Made by a program: the position numbers and the translations under genes
Assembly (NCBI GenBank): GCA_902764235.1
Contig: CACWVH010000002.1
Coordinates: 8,766 to 72,765 of the forward strand
DNA from: an uncultured Ruminococcus sp.
Lineage (GTDB): Bacteria; Bacillota; Clostridia; Oscillospirales; Acutalibacteraceae
Length of the DNA: 64,000 bases
Direction of reading: 5' to 3'
Shown here: one piece after another, positions 55,080-63,535 of the stretch
How positions within the stretch are numbered: position 1 is the first letter of the stretch
Layout of the letters: every line of letters begins with the position of its first letter
The notes under the pieces: model-generated
Seen by the model: only the letters and a program-made list of their open reading frames with translations
Told to the model about the DNA's origin: nothing
The model's database searches: none

Positions 55080-55656
55080 TCACATTTCCGATGCAAACCT
55101 TGATAAGAAACTTGATGAATACGAACAAAAGTATAATCCTCTCATAAAAGATGATTTGGAAAATTATAAGGATCATTTTGAATGCGTTAAAGATGTTTTA
55201 AGCTTACAATACGAAGTATTTAAAGGTACTGAAATGACCAGTGACGATTATATCAGTGGAAACTATGCTCTGAGTAAAAATAAGGTACTCATTGCAAACA
55301 ATGGACATCCTCTGTCCAAAGAACCTGATTATCCTTTGTTTAAAATCTCTGATGATGCATTGGATTCCATGTATTATATCCTCAACGATCTTGGCTATAG
55401 GGAGATAAGCTTTTATATAACTGAAAATAACGGATATAATATAATTTTTGAAAAAATCTTTGAATCAGAAGTTACTGAAAGATGGGGATATAGTTACTGC
55501 ACACTTTGCAATTATGGCGTTTCTTACGAATCAGATAAGTATATTGAAAGAATAAAAAGTCTTACTGATAATAACAGCTATCCGCAGAAAGGCATTTTTG
55601 AGAAGGATAATAATGGAATATGGTATTATTGTGTCCATTATGTGAGCTATTCATAA
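54952..55656 (+). CDS. Orphan hypothetical protein with one N-terminal hydrophobic segment, inserted between hydG and hydF
   Basis: Long ORF with no motif I recognise. The candidate ATG starts at 54979 and 54991 lack an SD. The hydrophobic segment is IQVIVIGTVLFFTV. The DNA is visibly more AT-rich than the flanking hyd genes. Confidence 0.55.
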   Translation: MIVLKNPEIMRCFMHFRFLSCSPRIQVIVIGTVLFFTVPKVYDHISDANLDKKLDEYEQKYNPLIKDDLENYKDHFECVKDVLSLQYEVFKGTEMTSDDYISGNYALSKNKVLIANNGHPLSKEPDYPLFKISDDALDSMYYILNDLGYREISFYITENNGYNIIFEKIFESEVTERWGYSYCTLCNYGVSYESDKYIERIKSLTDNNSYPQKGIFEKDNNGIWYYCVHYVSYS

Positions 55657-55766
55657 AGCAGCCGGAGAATAAATTGCCTGAAAACTTTGATGAAGAATCT
55701 GACAGAATAGATCAGGAAATTCTGAAACTCTTTCAAAATTCCTGAACAATAAAAGGAGATTTTAAA

Positions 55767-56972
55767 ATGAGCCTTAACAATACCCCTTCCGCCGACAGAC
55801 TGCACATTGCTTTTTTCGGAAAGCGTAATGCAGGTAAGTCCAGCGTTGTAAATGCCGTTACCGGTCAGGAGCTTGCAATTGTTTCCGATACGCTTGGTAC
55901 TACCACCGATCCGGTTTCAAAAGCAATGGAGCTGCTGCCGCTTGGCCCGGTCGTTATAATAGATACCCCCGGCATTGACGATGAAGGCGAGCTGGGTCAG
56001 CTGCGTGTTAAAAGAAGCTATCAGGTTCTTAATAAAACCGATATCGCTGTTCTTGTTATTGCTGCTGATACAGGCATATCAGACGAAGACAAAGCCCTGA
56101 TAGGCAGATTCAAAGAAAAAAATATTCCTTATATTATCGTCTACAACAAAAGCGATATCAGCTCTGTTGAAATAACAGACAGCAATTCCTTGCTTGTCAG
56201 TGCGAAAACTAAGGAAAATGTCAATGAGCTGAAAGAAATGATTGCACGGCTTTCAAAGGATCGTGAAAATACAAAGACTATTATTTCTCATATGCTCAAT
56301 AAAAATGATATAGCTGTACTTGTTGTTCCGATCGACGAATCAGCACCTAAAGGACGGCTCATTCTCCCTCAGCAGCAGACTATCCGTGATCTTCTTGACC
56401 ATCACTGTATGACTGTTGTTACTCAGCCTGAGGAACTGACAAAAACTATTGAGGCTCTTTCAGTAAAGCCTGCTGTTGTGATCACTGACAGCCAGGCTTT
56501 TGCGAAGGTCAGCAAGGATACTCCGGACGATATTCTTCTTACATCGTTTTCGATCCTCTTTGCTAATTACAAAGGAAACCTCAGACTCGCAGTAGAAGGT
56601 GTAAAGGCTCTTGATAAACTGAAAAGCGGCGACAGAATTCTTATATCCGAAGGCTGCACACATCACCGTCAATGCGGTGATATCGGCACAGTCAAGCTGC
56701 CGAAGCTTATCAGGAAATACACCGGAATCAGCGATCTCGGTTTTGAATGGACAAGCGGTACAGGCTTTGCAGAAACATTGTCCGGCTACAAAATGGTTAT
56801 CCACTGCGGCGGCTGTATGCTGAGCGAAAGAGAAATGCAATACAGATTAAAATGCTCTCAGGATGAGGGAGTCCCTATCACCAACTATGGGACTGCTATC
56901 GCATATATGAATGGTATACTCCGCAGAAGTCTTTCGATTTTCCCGGAAATAGCAGATATTCTTGATAAATAA
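55767..56972 (+). CDS. hydF: [FeFe]-hydrogenase H-cluster maturation GTPase HydF
   Basis: G1 FGKRNAGKSS and G3 DTPG are present, with C-terminal cluster ligands CTHHRQCGD..HCGGC. The protein is 401 aa. Confidence 0.9.
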   Translation: MSLNNTPSADRLHIAFFGKRNAGKSSVVNAVTGQELAIVSDTLGTTTDPVSKAMELLPLGPVVIIDTPGIDDEGELGQLRVKRSYQVLNKTDIAVLVIAADTGISDEDKALIGRFKEKNIPYIIVYNKSDISSVEITDSNSLLVSAKTKENVNELKEMIARLSKDRENTKTIISHMLNKNDIAVLVVPIDESAPKGRLILPQQQTIRDLLDHHCMTVVTQPEELTKTIEALSVKPAVVITDSQAFAKVSKDTPDDILLTSFSILFANYKGNLRLAVEGVKALDKLKSGDRILISEGCTHHRQCGDIGTVKLPKLIRKYTGISDLGFEWTSGTGFAETLSGYKMVIHCGGCMLSEREMQYRLKCSQDEGVPITNYGTAIAYMNGILRRSLSIFPEIADILDK

Positions 56973-56988
56973 TTATTATAAATATTAA

Positions 56989-57024
56989 AACAGGCTGATG
57001 TCATCAAAAATGCATCAGCCTGTT
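56989..57024. terminator. Bidirectional terminator between hydF and the DMT transporter gene
   Basis: aacaggctgatg / catcagcctgtt is a 12-bp perfect stem followed by TTTTCAA. Confidence 0.75.
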
Positions 57025-57026
57025 TT

Positions 57027-57926
57027 TCAATCTTGTTTTTTCAGTTTTTGGAATACGCCCTTATCATTATTGTACAGGAACATCAGAACAGCCATAGAAA
57101 TTATTATTGCATAACCAATGAAGCTGTAAATATCCGGAAGCTCGCCAAGGAAGATCAGTCCAAGCAAAGTCGCAAATATTATCTGTGAATAGTCATATAC
57201 TGAAATTTCTCTCGCAGGTGCATGATAATATGCAGCTGTGATCGAAAACTGTCCTCCGGTTGCTGCCAGACCGGCACCAAGCAGCATAAGAAGCTGCCAC
57301 CATTCCATAGGATGAAAATCTAATATCAATACCGGAAGTGTTGCAATGCAGGAAAATGCGGAAAAGAAAAATACAATAAGCGAACCCTGTTCTCCTTTTT
57401 TTCCGAGTATGCGGACTATTGTATATGCAAAGCCTGCACCAAGCCCGCTCATCAGTCCCGAAGCGTATGGCACTATATCAATATCCGCAAAGGTGGGCTT
57501 TACGATAAACAGGCATCCAATAAATGCTGCAAATACCACTAAGCCCTGAAAGAGAGTAAGCTTTTCTTTCAATAGAATAATAGAAAAGATTATTACAAAA
57601 AAAGGGGACATTTTATTCAGTATCGAAGCATCAGCAAGTGCAATATGATCTATTGCATAGAAATTGCCGATTATTCCGGCTGTTCCTGCAAAGGATCGCA
57701 GAAGCAGCCATTTCAGATTGCCCTTTTTCCACTTGAATCCCTGTTTGTTTTTTATCAGTACTCCGAATGCAAAAAACAAGGAAACAAGATTTCTGAAAAA
57801 GCATTTCTGCATCGACGGAACATCCCCCGACAGACGTACAAACAAATTCATTACTGCAAAACAAAATGCAGAAAGTATTATGAAGAATATTCCTCTGTAT
57901 TTAGGAGGAATCGTTATTTCTTTCAT
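57027..57926 (-). CDS. DMT-superfamily (EamA) transporter
   Basis: About 10 TM helices in two EamA-like halves. I prefer the start at ATG 57926 (MKEITIPPKY), which has a GGTGA SD. Confidence 0.85.
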   Translation of the reverse strand: MKEITIPPKYRGIFFIILSAFCFAVMNLFVRLSGDVPSMQKCFFRNLVSLFFAFGVLIKNKQGFKWKKGNLKWLLLRSFAGTAGIIGNFYAIDHIALADASILNKMSPFFVIIFSIILLKEKLTLFQGLVVFAAFIGCLFIVKPTFADIDIVPYASGLMSGLGAGFAYTIVRILGKKGEQGSLIVFFFSAFSCIATLPVLILDFHPMEWWQLLMLLGAGLAATGGQFSITAAYYHAPAREISVYDYSQIIFATLLGLIFLGELPDIYSFIGYAIIISMAVLMFLYNNDKGVFQKLKKQD

Positions 57927-58033
57927 TTTAATCACCAAAAGGAATATTTTAATATAATCTCCAACGGATTGATTAAGCAGTTTTTCTACGCCCCAATGCA
58001 TCGGCAGAATAGCGTAAATCATATCCAGAGGAA

Positions 58034-58261
58034 CTATTTACTGTTAATATTATCCGCTTCTTTTGTCTGCGGCTGACTGTGACACTGCCCTCTTAAAGCA
58101 CAGCCGGCACAATCATTGCCGCAAAGCTTCTTTCCCTTCTTCTTTGAATTGATAAGATATATGATATCAAGCACGATTATCAGGAGTACAACTGAAATAA
58201 TTATAATTGTTGATAGATTTTCGCTCAGCCATACAAGCATTTTTATCATCTCCCGTTTCAA
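58034..58261 (-). CDS. FeoB-associated Cys-rich membrane protein
   Basis: A single TM helix is followed by KKGKKLCGNDCAGCALRGQCH. It lies immediately downstream of feoB. Confidence 0.8.
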   Translation of the reverse strand: MKREMIKMLVWLSENLSTIIIISVVLLIIVLDIIYLINSKKKGKKLCGNDCAGCALRGQCHSQPQTKEADNINSK

Positions 58262-58265
58262 ACGG

Positions 58266-60701
58266 TCATACTTTCAGTCTGCTTTCGCTTTTTACAGGTC
58301 TGAAAACCATGAAGCAAATGAATGCAAGCGTCAGTATTGCAAAAATAAGACCTATCGGATTGATATTATTTGAAAATACGGAACCTATCTGATAGATCAT
58401 AAGTGAAACTGCATAGGCAAATGCACACTGGTAACCAACTGCAAAAAGTGTCCATTTCGGGCTGTTCATCTCTCTTTTTATTGCCCCTATTGCTGCAAAG
58501 CAGGGTGCACAAAGAAGATTGAATGCAAGAAATGAATAACCTGCAAGAGGAGTGAGCCCTTCAAAATCAATAACTCCGAATACACCTACGATCTCCTCCT
58601 TTGCAAGAAGTCCCATCAGAGTTGCAACCGTTGCAGTAGGATTACCAAATCCAAGCGGAGAGAATATCCAGCAGATCGTATTGCCGATAGCAGTGAGAAT
58701 ACTGAATCCGCCCTCGTCAAAGCTGGAGAAATATCCAAAGGAATAATTATTCCATCCAATGGAATTAAGAAGCCAGATTATTACAGAGGCAAGAAGAATA
58801 ACAGTTCCGGCTTTTTTGATAAATGACCAGCTTCTGTCCCACACGCTTCTCATAACATTTTTGAATGTCGGAAGATGATATGCGGGAAGCTCCATTACAA
58901 ACGGAGCAGGGTCTCCCATGAAGGGTCTGGTTTTCTTGAGCATGATACCGGAAATAATTATAGAAGCTATACCAAGAAAATATGCACTTGGTGCGACCCA
59001 CCATGCTCCTCCGAAAAGTACAGTCGTAAGCAGAGCAATAACAGGCAGCTTTGCACCGCAGGGCATGAATGTAGTTGTTATGATAGTCATACGCCTGTCA
59101 CTCTGACTTTCAATTGTTCTTGATGCCATTATGCCGGGAACTCCGCATCCTGAGCCTACAAGCATCGGAATGAATGATTTACCGGACAAGCCGAATTTCC
59201 GGAATATCCTGTCAAGCACAAAGGCTATTCTTGACATATAGCCGCAGGATTCAAGCAGAGCAAGGAACAGGAACAGCAAAAACATCTGAGGTACAAAACC
59301 CAGAACAGCACCTACACCTCCGATTATTCCGTCAAATACAAGTCCGTGCAGCCATGCAGGAACTCCCTGAAACAGCGGCTCAAGCAGTGACGGGATGCCG
59401 GGAATCCATACTCCGTGATCAGATCTTTCCGGAAGCCCCTGCGCATCCTCTGCAGTTGCCGATTCATAAATCTTATTAAAACTATAAGAGATATTTTTTT
59501 CTTCATAATACTTCATCACAGTATCAGCATATGTTCCGTATGCAGCATCAAAATCTGCATAGCTGCCGGAAGAAATGGCATCTGAAATATCCTTCGCACC
59601 AAGTACGTCTGCTTTAGCAGCTGCATTGATCTCAGCTCTGAATTCATCCGTCCAGATTTTTTCGGAAGCGTATTTATCCATAGCTTCATCGTAATCCGAC
59701 TGACCGATTCCAAGAAGATACCAGCCGTCTCCGAATACTCCGTCGTTCATCCAGTCAGTCATTACTGTTCCGAGTGAATCTCCCCATGGCATAGGAACTG
59801 GCATCATCACAAGACCGTAGATAATAAACATAATAGCTACAAATATCGGAAGTGCAAGTATACGGTTTGTGACTATTTTGTCTATCTTATCCGATACAGT
59901 AAGCTCACTGTCTGATTTTCTTTTATAGTATTTGCTTGTAAGAGAAGTAATATAATTATATCTGTCATTTGTGATAATGCTTTCTGCATCATCATCAAGC
60001 TCTCTTTCTGCTGATTTAATATCCTTTTCTATATGATCGAGCTTTTCCTTGCTGATTTCGAGCTTTTTTATTACTCTTTCATCACGCTCAAATATTTTGA
60101 TAGCATACCATCTCTGCTGTTCCTCCGGCATTTCATGAAGAACGGCTTCTTCGATATGTGCAACTGCGTGCTCCACCGGTCCTGAAAAATTATGCTGAGG
60201 TATCGTTTTTTCACTTCCTGCCGCCTTTATAGCGGCCTGCGCTGCCTCTATAATGCCATCGCCCTTCAGAGCAGATATTTCTACTATCTGACAGGCGAGG
60301 GCTTTTGACAGCTTTTCAAAATTGATCTCATCACCGTTTTTTCTGACAATATCCATCATATTGACAGCTATAACAACAGGAATTCCGATTTCAGTGAGTT
60401 GCGTGGTAAGATACAGATTTCTTTCCAGATTCGTTCCGTCTACGATATTAAGTATCACATCCGGCTTTTCATCCACCAGGTAATTTCTTGCAACCACCTC
60501 TTCAAGTGTATATGGTGATAATGAATATATTCCAGGAAGATCGGTAACTATTACATCATTATGACCTTTCAGCTTACCTTCCTTTTTTTCAACTGTTACA
60601 CCCGGCCAGTTTCCTACAAACTGATTTGAACCCGTCAGTGCGTTGAACAAGGTTGTTTTTCCGCAATTCGGGTTTCCGGCAAGAGCTATTTTTATTGACA
60701 T
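58266..60701 (-). CDS. feoB: Ferrous iron transporter FeoB
   Basis: The N-terminal G-domain is IALAGNPNCGKTTLFNALTG..DLPG..NMMD. It is followed by a polytopic membrane domain with the gate motifs. The protein is 811 aa. Confidence 0.95.
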   Translation of the reverse strand: MSIKIALAGNPNCGKTTLFNALTGSNQFVGNWPGVTVEKKEGKLKGHNDVIVTDLPGIYSLSPYTLEEVVARNYLVDEKPDVILNIVDGTNLERNLYLTTQLTEIGIPVVIAVNMMDIVRKNGDEINFEKLSKALACQIVEISALKGDGIIEAAQAAIKAAGSEKTIPQHNFSGPVEHAVAHIEEAVLHEMPEEQQRWYAIKIFERDERVIKKLEISKEKLDHIEKDIKSAERELDDDAESIITNDRYNYITSLTSKYYKRKSDSELTVSDKIDKIVTNRILALPIFVAIMFIIYGLVMMPVPMPWGDSLGTVMTDWMNDGVFGDGWYLLGIGQSDYDEAMDKYASEKIWTDEFRAEINAAAKADVLGAKDISDAISSGSYADFDAAYGTYADTVMKYYEEKNISYSFNKIYESATAEDAQGLPERSDHGVWIPGIPSLLEPLFQGVPAWLHGLVFDGIIGGVGAVLGFVPQMFLLFLFLALLESCGYMSRIAFVLDRIFRKFGLSGKSFIPMLVGSGCGVPGIMASRTIESQSDRRMTIITTTFMPCGAKLPVIALLTTVLFGGAWWVAPSAYFLGIASIIISGIMLKKTRPFMGDPAPFVMELPAYHLPTFKNVMRSVWDRSWSFIKKAGTVILLASVIIWLLNSIGWNNYSFGYFSSFDEGGFSILTAIGNTICWIFSPLGFGNPTATVATLMGLLAKEEIVGVFGVIDFEGLTPLAGYSFLAFNLLCAPCFAAIGAIKREMNSPKWTLFAVGYQCAFAYAVSLMIYQIGSVFSNNINPIGLIFAILTLAFICFMVFRPVKSESRLKV

Positions 60702-60724
60702 TTTTTCCCCTTATTTCCTCTGTT

Positions 60725-60943
60725 TTATATTTCTATATTGGCTGCGTCAGCCTTTCTCAATGACAGCTCATAGCCTCTGACTTTAATCTCAAGAGGATCA
60801 CCGAGAGGCGCTACCTTACGTATGACTATGTCAGTACCCTTTGTTATTCCCATATCCATAATCCGTCTTTTTAATGCTCCCTCACCATGAAGCTTGACTA
60901 CCTTGACAGTTTCACCGATCCTGGCATCATTTAAAGTTCTCAT
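60725..60943 (-). CDS. feoA: FeoA-family protein
   Basis: 72-aa SH3-like protein with GETVKVVKLHGEGALKRRIMDMGITKGTDI. Confidence 0.9.
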   Translation of the reverse strand: MRTLNDARIGETVKVVKLHGEGALKRRIMDMGITKGTDIVIRKVAPLGDPLEIKVRGYELSLRKADAANIEI

Positions 60944-61013
60944 TTTTATCCCTCCTGATCAGAATCAATGTTTTTTCTGAAAATGAAATTTATTATATCA
61001 CACATCTAAAACT

Positions 61014-61043
61014 GTTTAACTAATATAGTTTAATACATTAAAC
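61014..61043. promoter_or_regulatory. Candidate metalloregulator operator in the feoA / dtxR-family divergent region
   Basis: GTTTAAC-taatata-GTTTAAT-ac-ATTAAAC. The last 16 nt (61028-61043) form a 7+7 inverted repeat. The site overlaps the -35 region of a minus-strand extended -10 promoter (gTGaTATAAT). Confidence 0.4.
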
Positions 61044-61144
61044 ATATATTTGTCAAGAGTTTTGATAAAATTTTATTAATTATTCTTGATTTTTAAATAA
61101 AAATATGATAATCTATAATAAAATAATGCGGAGGTTAACAGAAA

Positions 61145-61525
61145 ATGAAACCGGATTCAAAGTCAGAAAAAACTACAGAGGATTATCTCGAGGCAATGCT
61201 GATGCTCAAGCGTAAAAAGGGATATATTCGTTCTATTGATGTAGCTCAGCATCTTGGTGTTACAAAACCGAGCGTTACATATACCACTAAGCGTCTTAAA
61301 GAAAAAGGCTATATCGTTATGGACAAGGATAATTATATTACCATTACCGAAAGCGGTATGAAGATTGCAGAAAATATCCTTAAACGTCATGAAACACTGA
61401 CTGCTTTCTTTATCAGTATCGGTGTCAATGATGAAACGGCAAAGGAAGATGCCTGCAAGGTCGAGCATGATATCAGTCCTGAAACTTTTACAGCGCTTTG
61501 CAATTATTTTAATAAAAACAAATAA
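61145..61525 (+). CDS. DtxR/MntR-family metal-dependent transcriptional regulator (short form, no SH3-like domain)
   Basis: TEDYLEAMLML..GYIRSIDVAQHLGVTKPSVTYTTKRLKEKGYI is the wHTH. The metal-site region is HETLTAFF..EDACKVEHDIS. Confidence 0.88.
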   Translation: MKPDSKSEKTTEDYLEAMLMLKRKKGYIRSIDVAQHLGVTKPSVTYTTKRLKEKGYIVMDKDNYITITESGMKIAENILKRHETLTAFFISIGVNDETAKEDACKVEHDISPETFTALCNYFNKNK

Positions 61526-61529
61526 AAAA

Positions 61530-61563
61530 AAGCTGCTGCACAGCTTCCGCCTTGCAGCAGCTT
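61530..61563. terminator. Bidirectional terminator
   Basis: aagctgctgca / tgcagcagctt stem, flanked by an A-run on the left and a T-run on the right. Confidence 0.8.
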
Positions 61564-61566
61564 TTT

Positions 61567-62130
61567 TTATTTGCTGAATATCTGCTCTGTTACTTTTCTT
61601 GCGGCTACCTCGAGCCGTTTATATGTAGAATCCTTGCTTCCTCTTTCAATAGGTTCACCATTGATATCTGTCTTTATGCTGCTGTTAAGGCTCAGAAAGG
61701 AAAGATGCTGAGAGTATATAAATACCTTGTCCGACATATCAAAAAGCTTTGAACAGCCTTCTGCAGCAAGTGAAGCGCATCTGCCGAAGGTGATTATGTA
61801 TTTATAATCCATGATATCATCGGCAAGACGTTTCAGATTATCGTTTTCCAGTATCTCATCCTTTTTCGGTTCCGTACGATTATCAAATGCCTTATAGTGC
61901 ACATATTCGGAGGAATTGGTTATACGGTAATCATATCTGAAGCAGGACGGGAAAATTTCCGGATATTCTTTATTAAGAATTGATAGCATCAGATCAAGGT
62001 TTTTACCTGTTTGTCCGTTGACAAGCTTTCCGCTTTTCAATTCCTCCTGACCGGGACATGAAAAAATAAAGGCTGTCGGGTTACCTATCTTTCCCTCATT
62101 TCTTCTGACAGTAAGCCTTTCATATGTCAT
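61567..62130 (-). CDS. Hypothetical protein with uracil-DNA-glycosylase-superfamily-like motifs
   Basis: FIFSCPGQEELKSGKLVNGQTGKNLDLML resembles UDG family-4/5 motif A (G-x-x-PG-x-x-E ... G-x-x-G-x-x-L). IYSQHLSFLSLN resembles motif B (HPS). The assignment is tentative. Confidence 0.4.
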   Translation of the reverse strand: MTYERLTVRRNEGKIGNPTAFIFSCPGQEELKSGKLVNGQTGKNLDLMLSILNKEYPEIFPSCFRYDYRITNSSEYVHYKAFDNRTEPKKDEILENDNLKRLADDIMDYKYIITFGRCASLAAEGCSKLFDMSDKVFIYSQHLSFLSLNSSIKTDINGEPIERGSKDSTYKRLEVAARKVTEQIFSK

Positions 62131-62159
62131 GGCTTATCTCTCCAATCTAATTATATTTC

Positions 62160-62188
62160 AAAGCCGCCGTAAAGTATCCGGCGGCTTT
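62160..62188 (-). terminator. Terminator of thiC
   Basis: aaagccgccg / cggcggcttt stem, 10 nt after the thiC stop. Confidence 0.7.
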
Positions 62189-62197
62189 GCTTGTATA

Positions 62198-63511
62198 TTA
62201 TTTCTCAGTGCAGAATTCAACTGTTTTTCCTTCAAGTATCATATTTGTAGTTCTTACTGCGCACATCTTTCCGCACATCGAACAGGTATGTCTGTCAGCA
62301 GGAGGTGTACTTTCAAAATATGCTCTTGCCTTTTCAGGATCAACAGCCACCTTGAACATCTCTTCCCAGTCAACCTTATGACGAGCCTCTGCCATTTCAT
62401 TATCCTTGTCTCTTGCGTGAGGAATACCCTTTGCGATATCGGCAGCATGAGCTGCAATCCGGCTTGCTATGATACCTTCCTTAACGTCGTTAAGATCAGG
62501 AAGTCTGAGATGCTCTGCGGGAGTTACATAGCAAAGGAAATCTGCTCCGCTTGCAGCTGCGATCGCTCCGCCTATCGCTGATGTGATATGATCGTAGCCG
62601 GGGAAAATATCCGTGACAAGCGGACCGAGAACATAGAAGGGTGCATTGTGACAGAGACGCTTCTGGAGCTTCATATTTGCTTCGATCTCATTCATTGCCA
62701 TATGACCCGGACCTTCTACCATTACCTGAACATTTCTTTCCCATGCTCTTTCGGTAAGTGCTCCAAGCTCGATAAGCTCAGAGATCTGACCTGCATCTGT
62801 TGCATCATCTATACAGCCGGGACGAAGTGCATCGCCAAGACTTATCGTAACATCATATTCCTCAAGAATATCAAGCACCTTATCATAGTGCTCATAAAAC
62901 GGGTTTTCATTTCCGGTCATCATCATCCATGCAAACAGAAGCGAACCGCCGCGGGATACTATATTCATTTTTCTCTTGTCACGCATAAAGGCTTCAACTG
63001 CACGGCGGTTGATACCTGCGTGGATGGTCATAAAATCAACGCCCTCTTCTGCATGAGCACGGACAACCTTGAGGAAATCCTCTGCTTTGATTTCAAGAAG
63101 ATCCTTTTCAAGATAGCCTATTGCATCATACATCGGAACTGTGCCTATCATCGCAGGAGATTTTTCGATCAGCTCACGGCGGAAGGTATTTGTCTTACCG
63201 TAATTGCTCAGATCCATGATAGCTTCGGCACCGAATTTTATCGCCATATCTACCTTCTGCATTTCTACATCATAGTTCTTACAGTCACCGGAAATACCAA
63301 GATTAACATTGATCTTTGTTCTCATTCCGGCACCGATACCTTCGGGAGATATGGATTTGTGATTGATATTGCAGGGAATTGCAACCTCACCCTTCGCTAC
63401 GGATTCCATTACCTTTTCAGGAGTTGTATATTCCTTTTCGGCGACTATCTTCATCTCCGGGGTAATTATTCCCTTTTTAGCTGCTTCCATCTGTGTTTTA
63501 TAAGTTCTCAT
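62198..63511 (-). CDS. thiC: Phosphomethylpyrimidine synthase
   Basis: [20 protein letters not shown].. is followed by the C-terminal radical-SAM-like [11 protein letters not shown] prefer the start at ATG 63511, which has an AAAGGA SD. Confidence 0.95.
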   Translation of the reverse strand: MRTYKTQMEAAKKGIITPEMKIVAEKEYTTPEKVMESVAKGEVAIPCNINHKSISPEGIGAGMRTKINVNLGISGDCKNYDVEMQKVDMAIKFGAEAIMDLSNYGKTNTFRRELIEKSPAMIGTVPMYDAIGYLEKDLLEIKAEDFLKVVRAHAEEGVDFMTIHAGINRRAVEAFMRDKRKMNIVSRGGSLLFAWMMMTGNENPFYEHYDKVLDILEEYDVTISLGDALRPGCIDDATDAGQISELIELGALTERAWERNVQVMVEGPGHMAMNEIEANMKLQKRLCHNAPFYVLGPLVTDIFPGYDHITSAIGGAIAAASGADFLCYVTPAEHLRLPDLNDVKEGIIASRIAAHAADIAKGIPHARDKDNEMAEARHKVDWEEMFKVAVDPEKARAYFESTPPADRHTCSMCGKMCAVRTTNMILEGKTVEFCTEK

Positions 63512-63535
63512 AATTATTTTCCTTTCAAGCATTAT

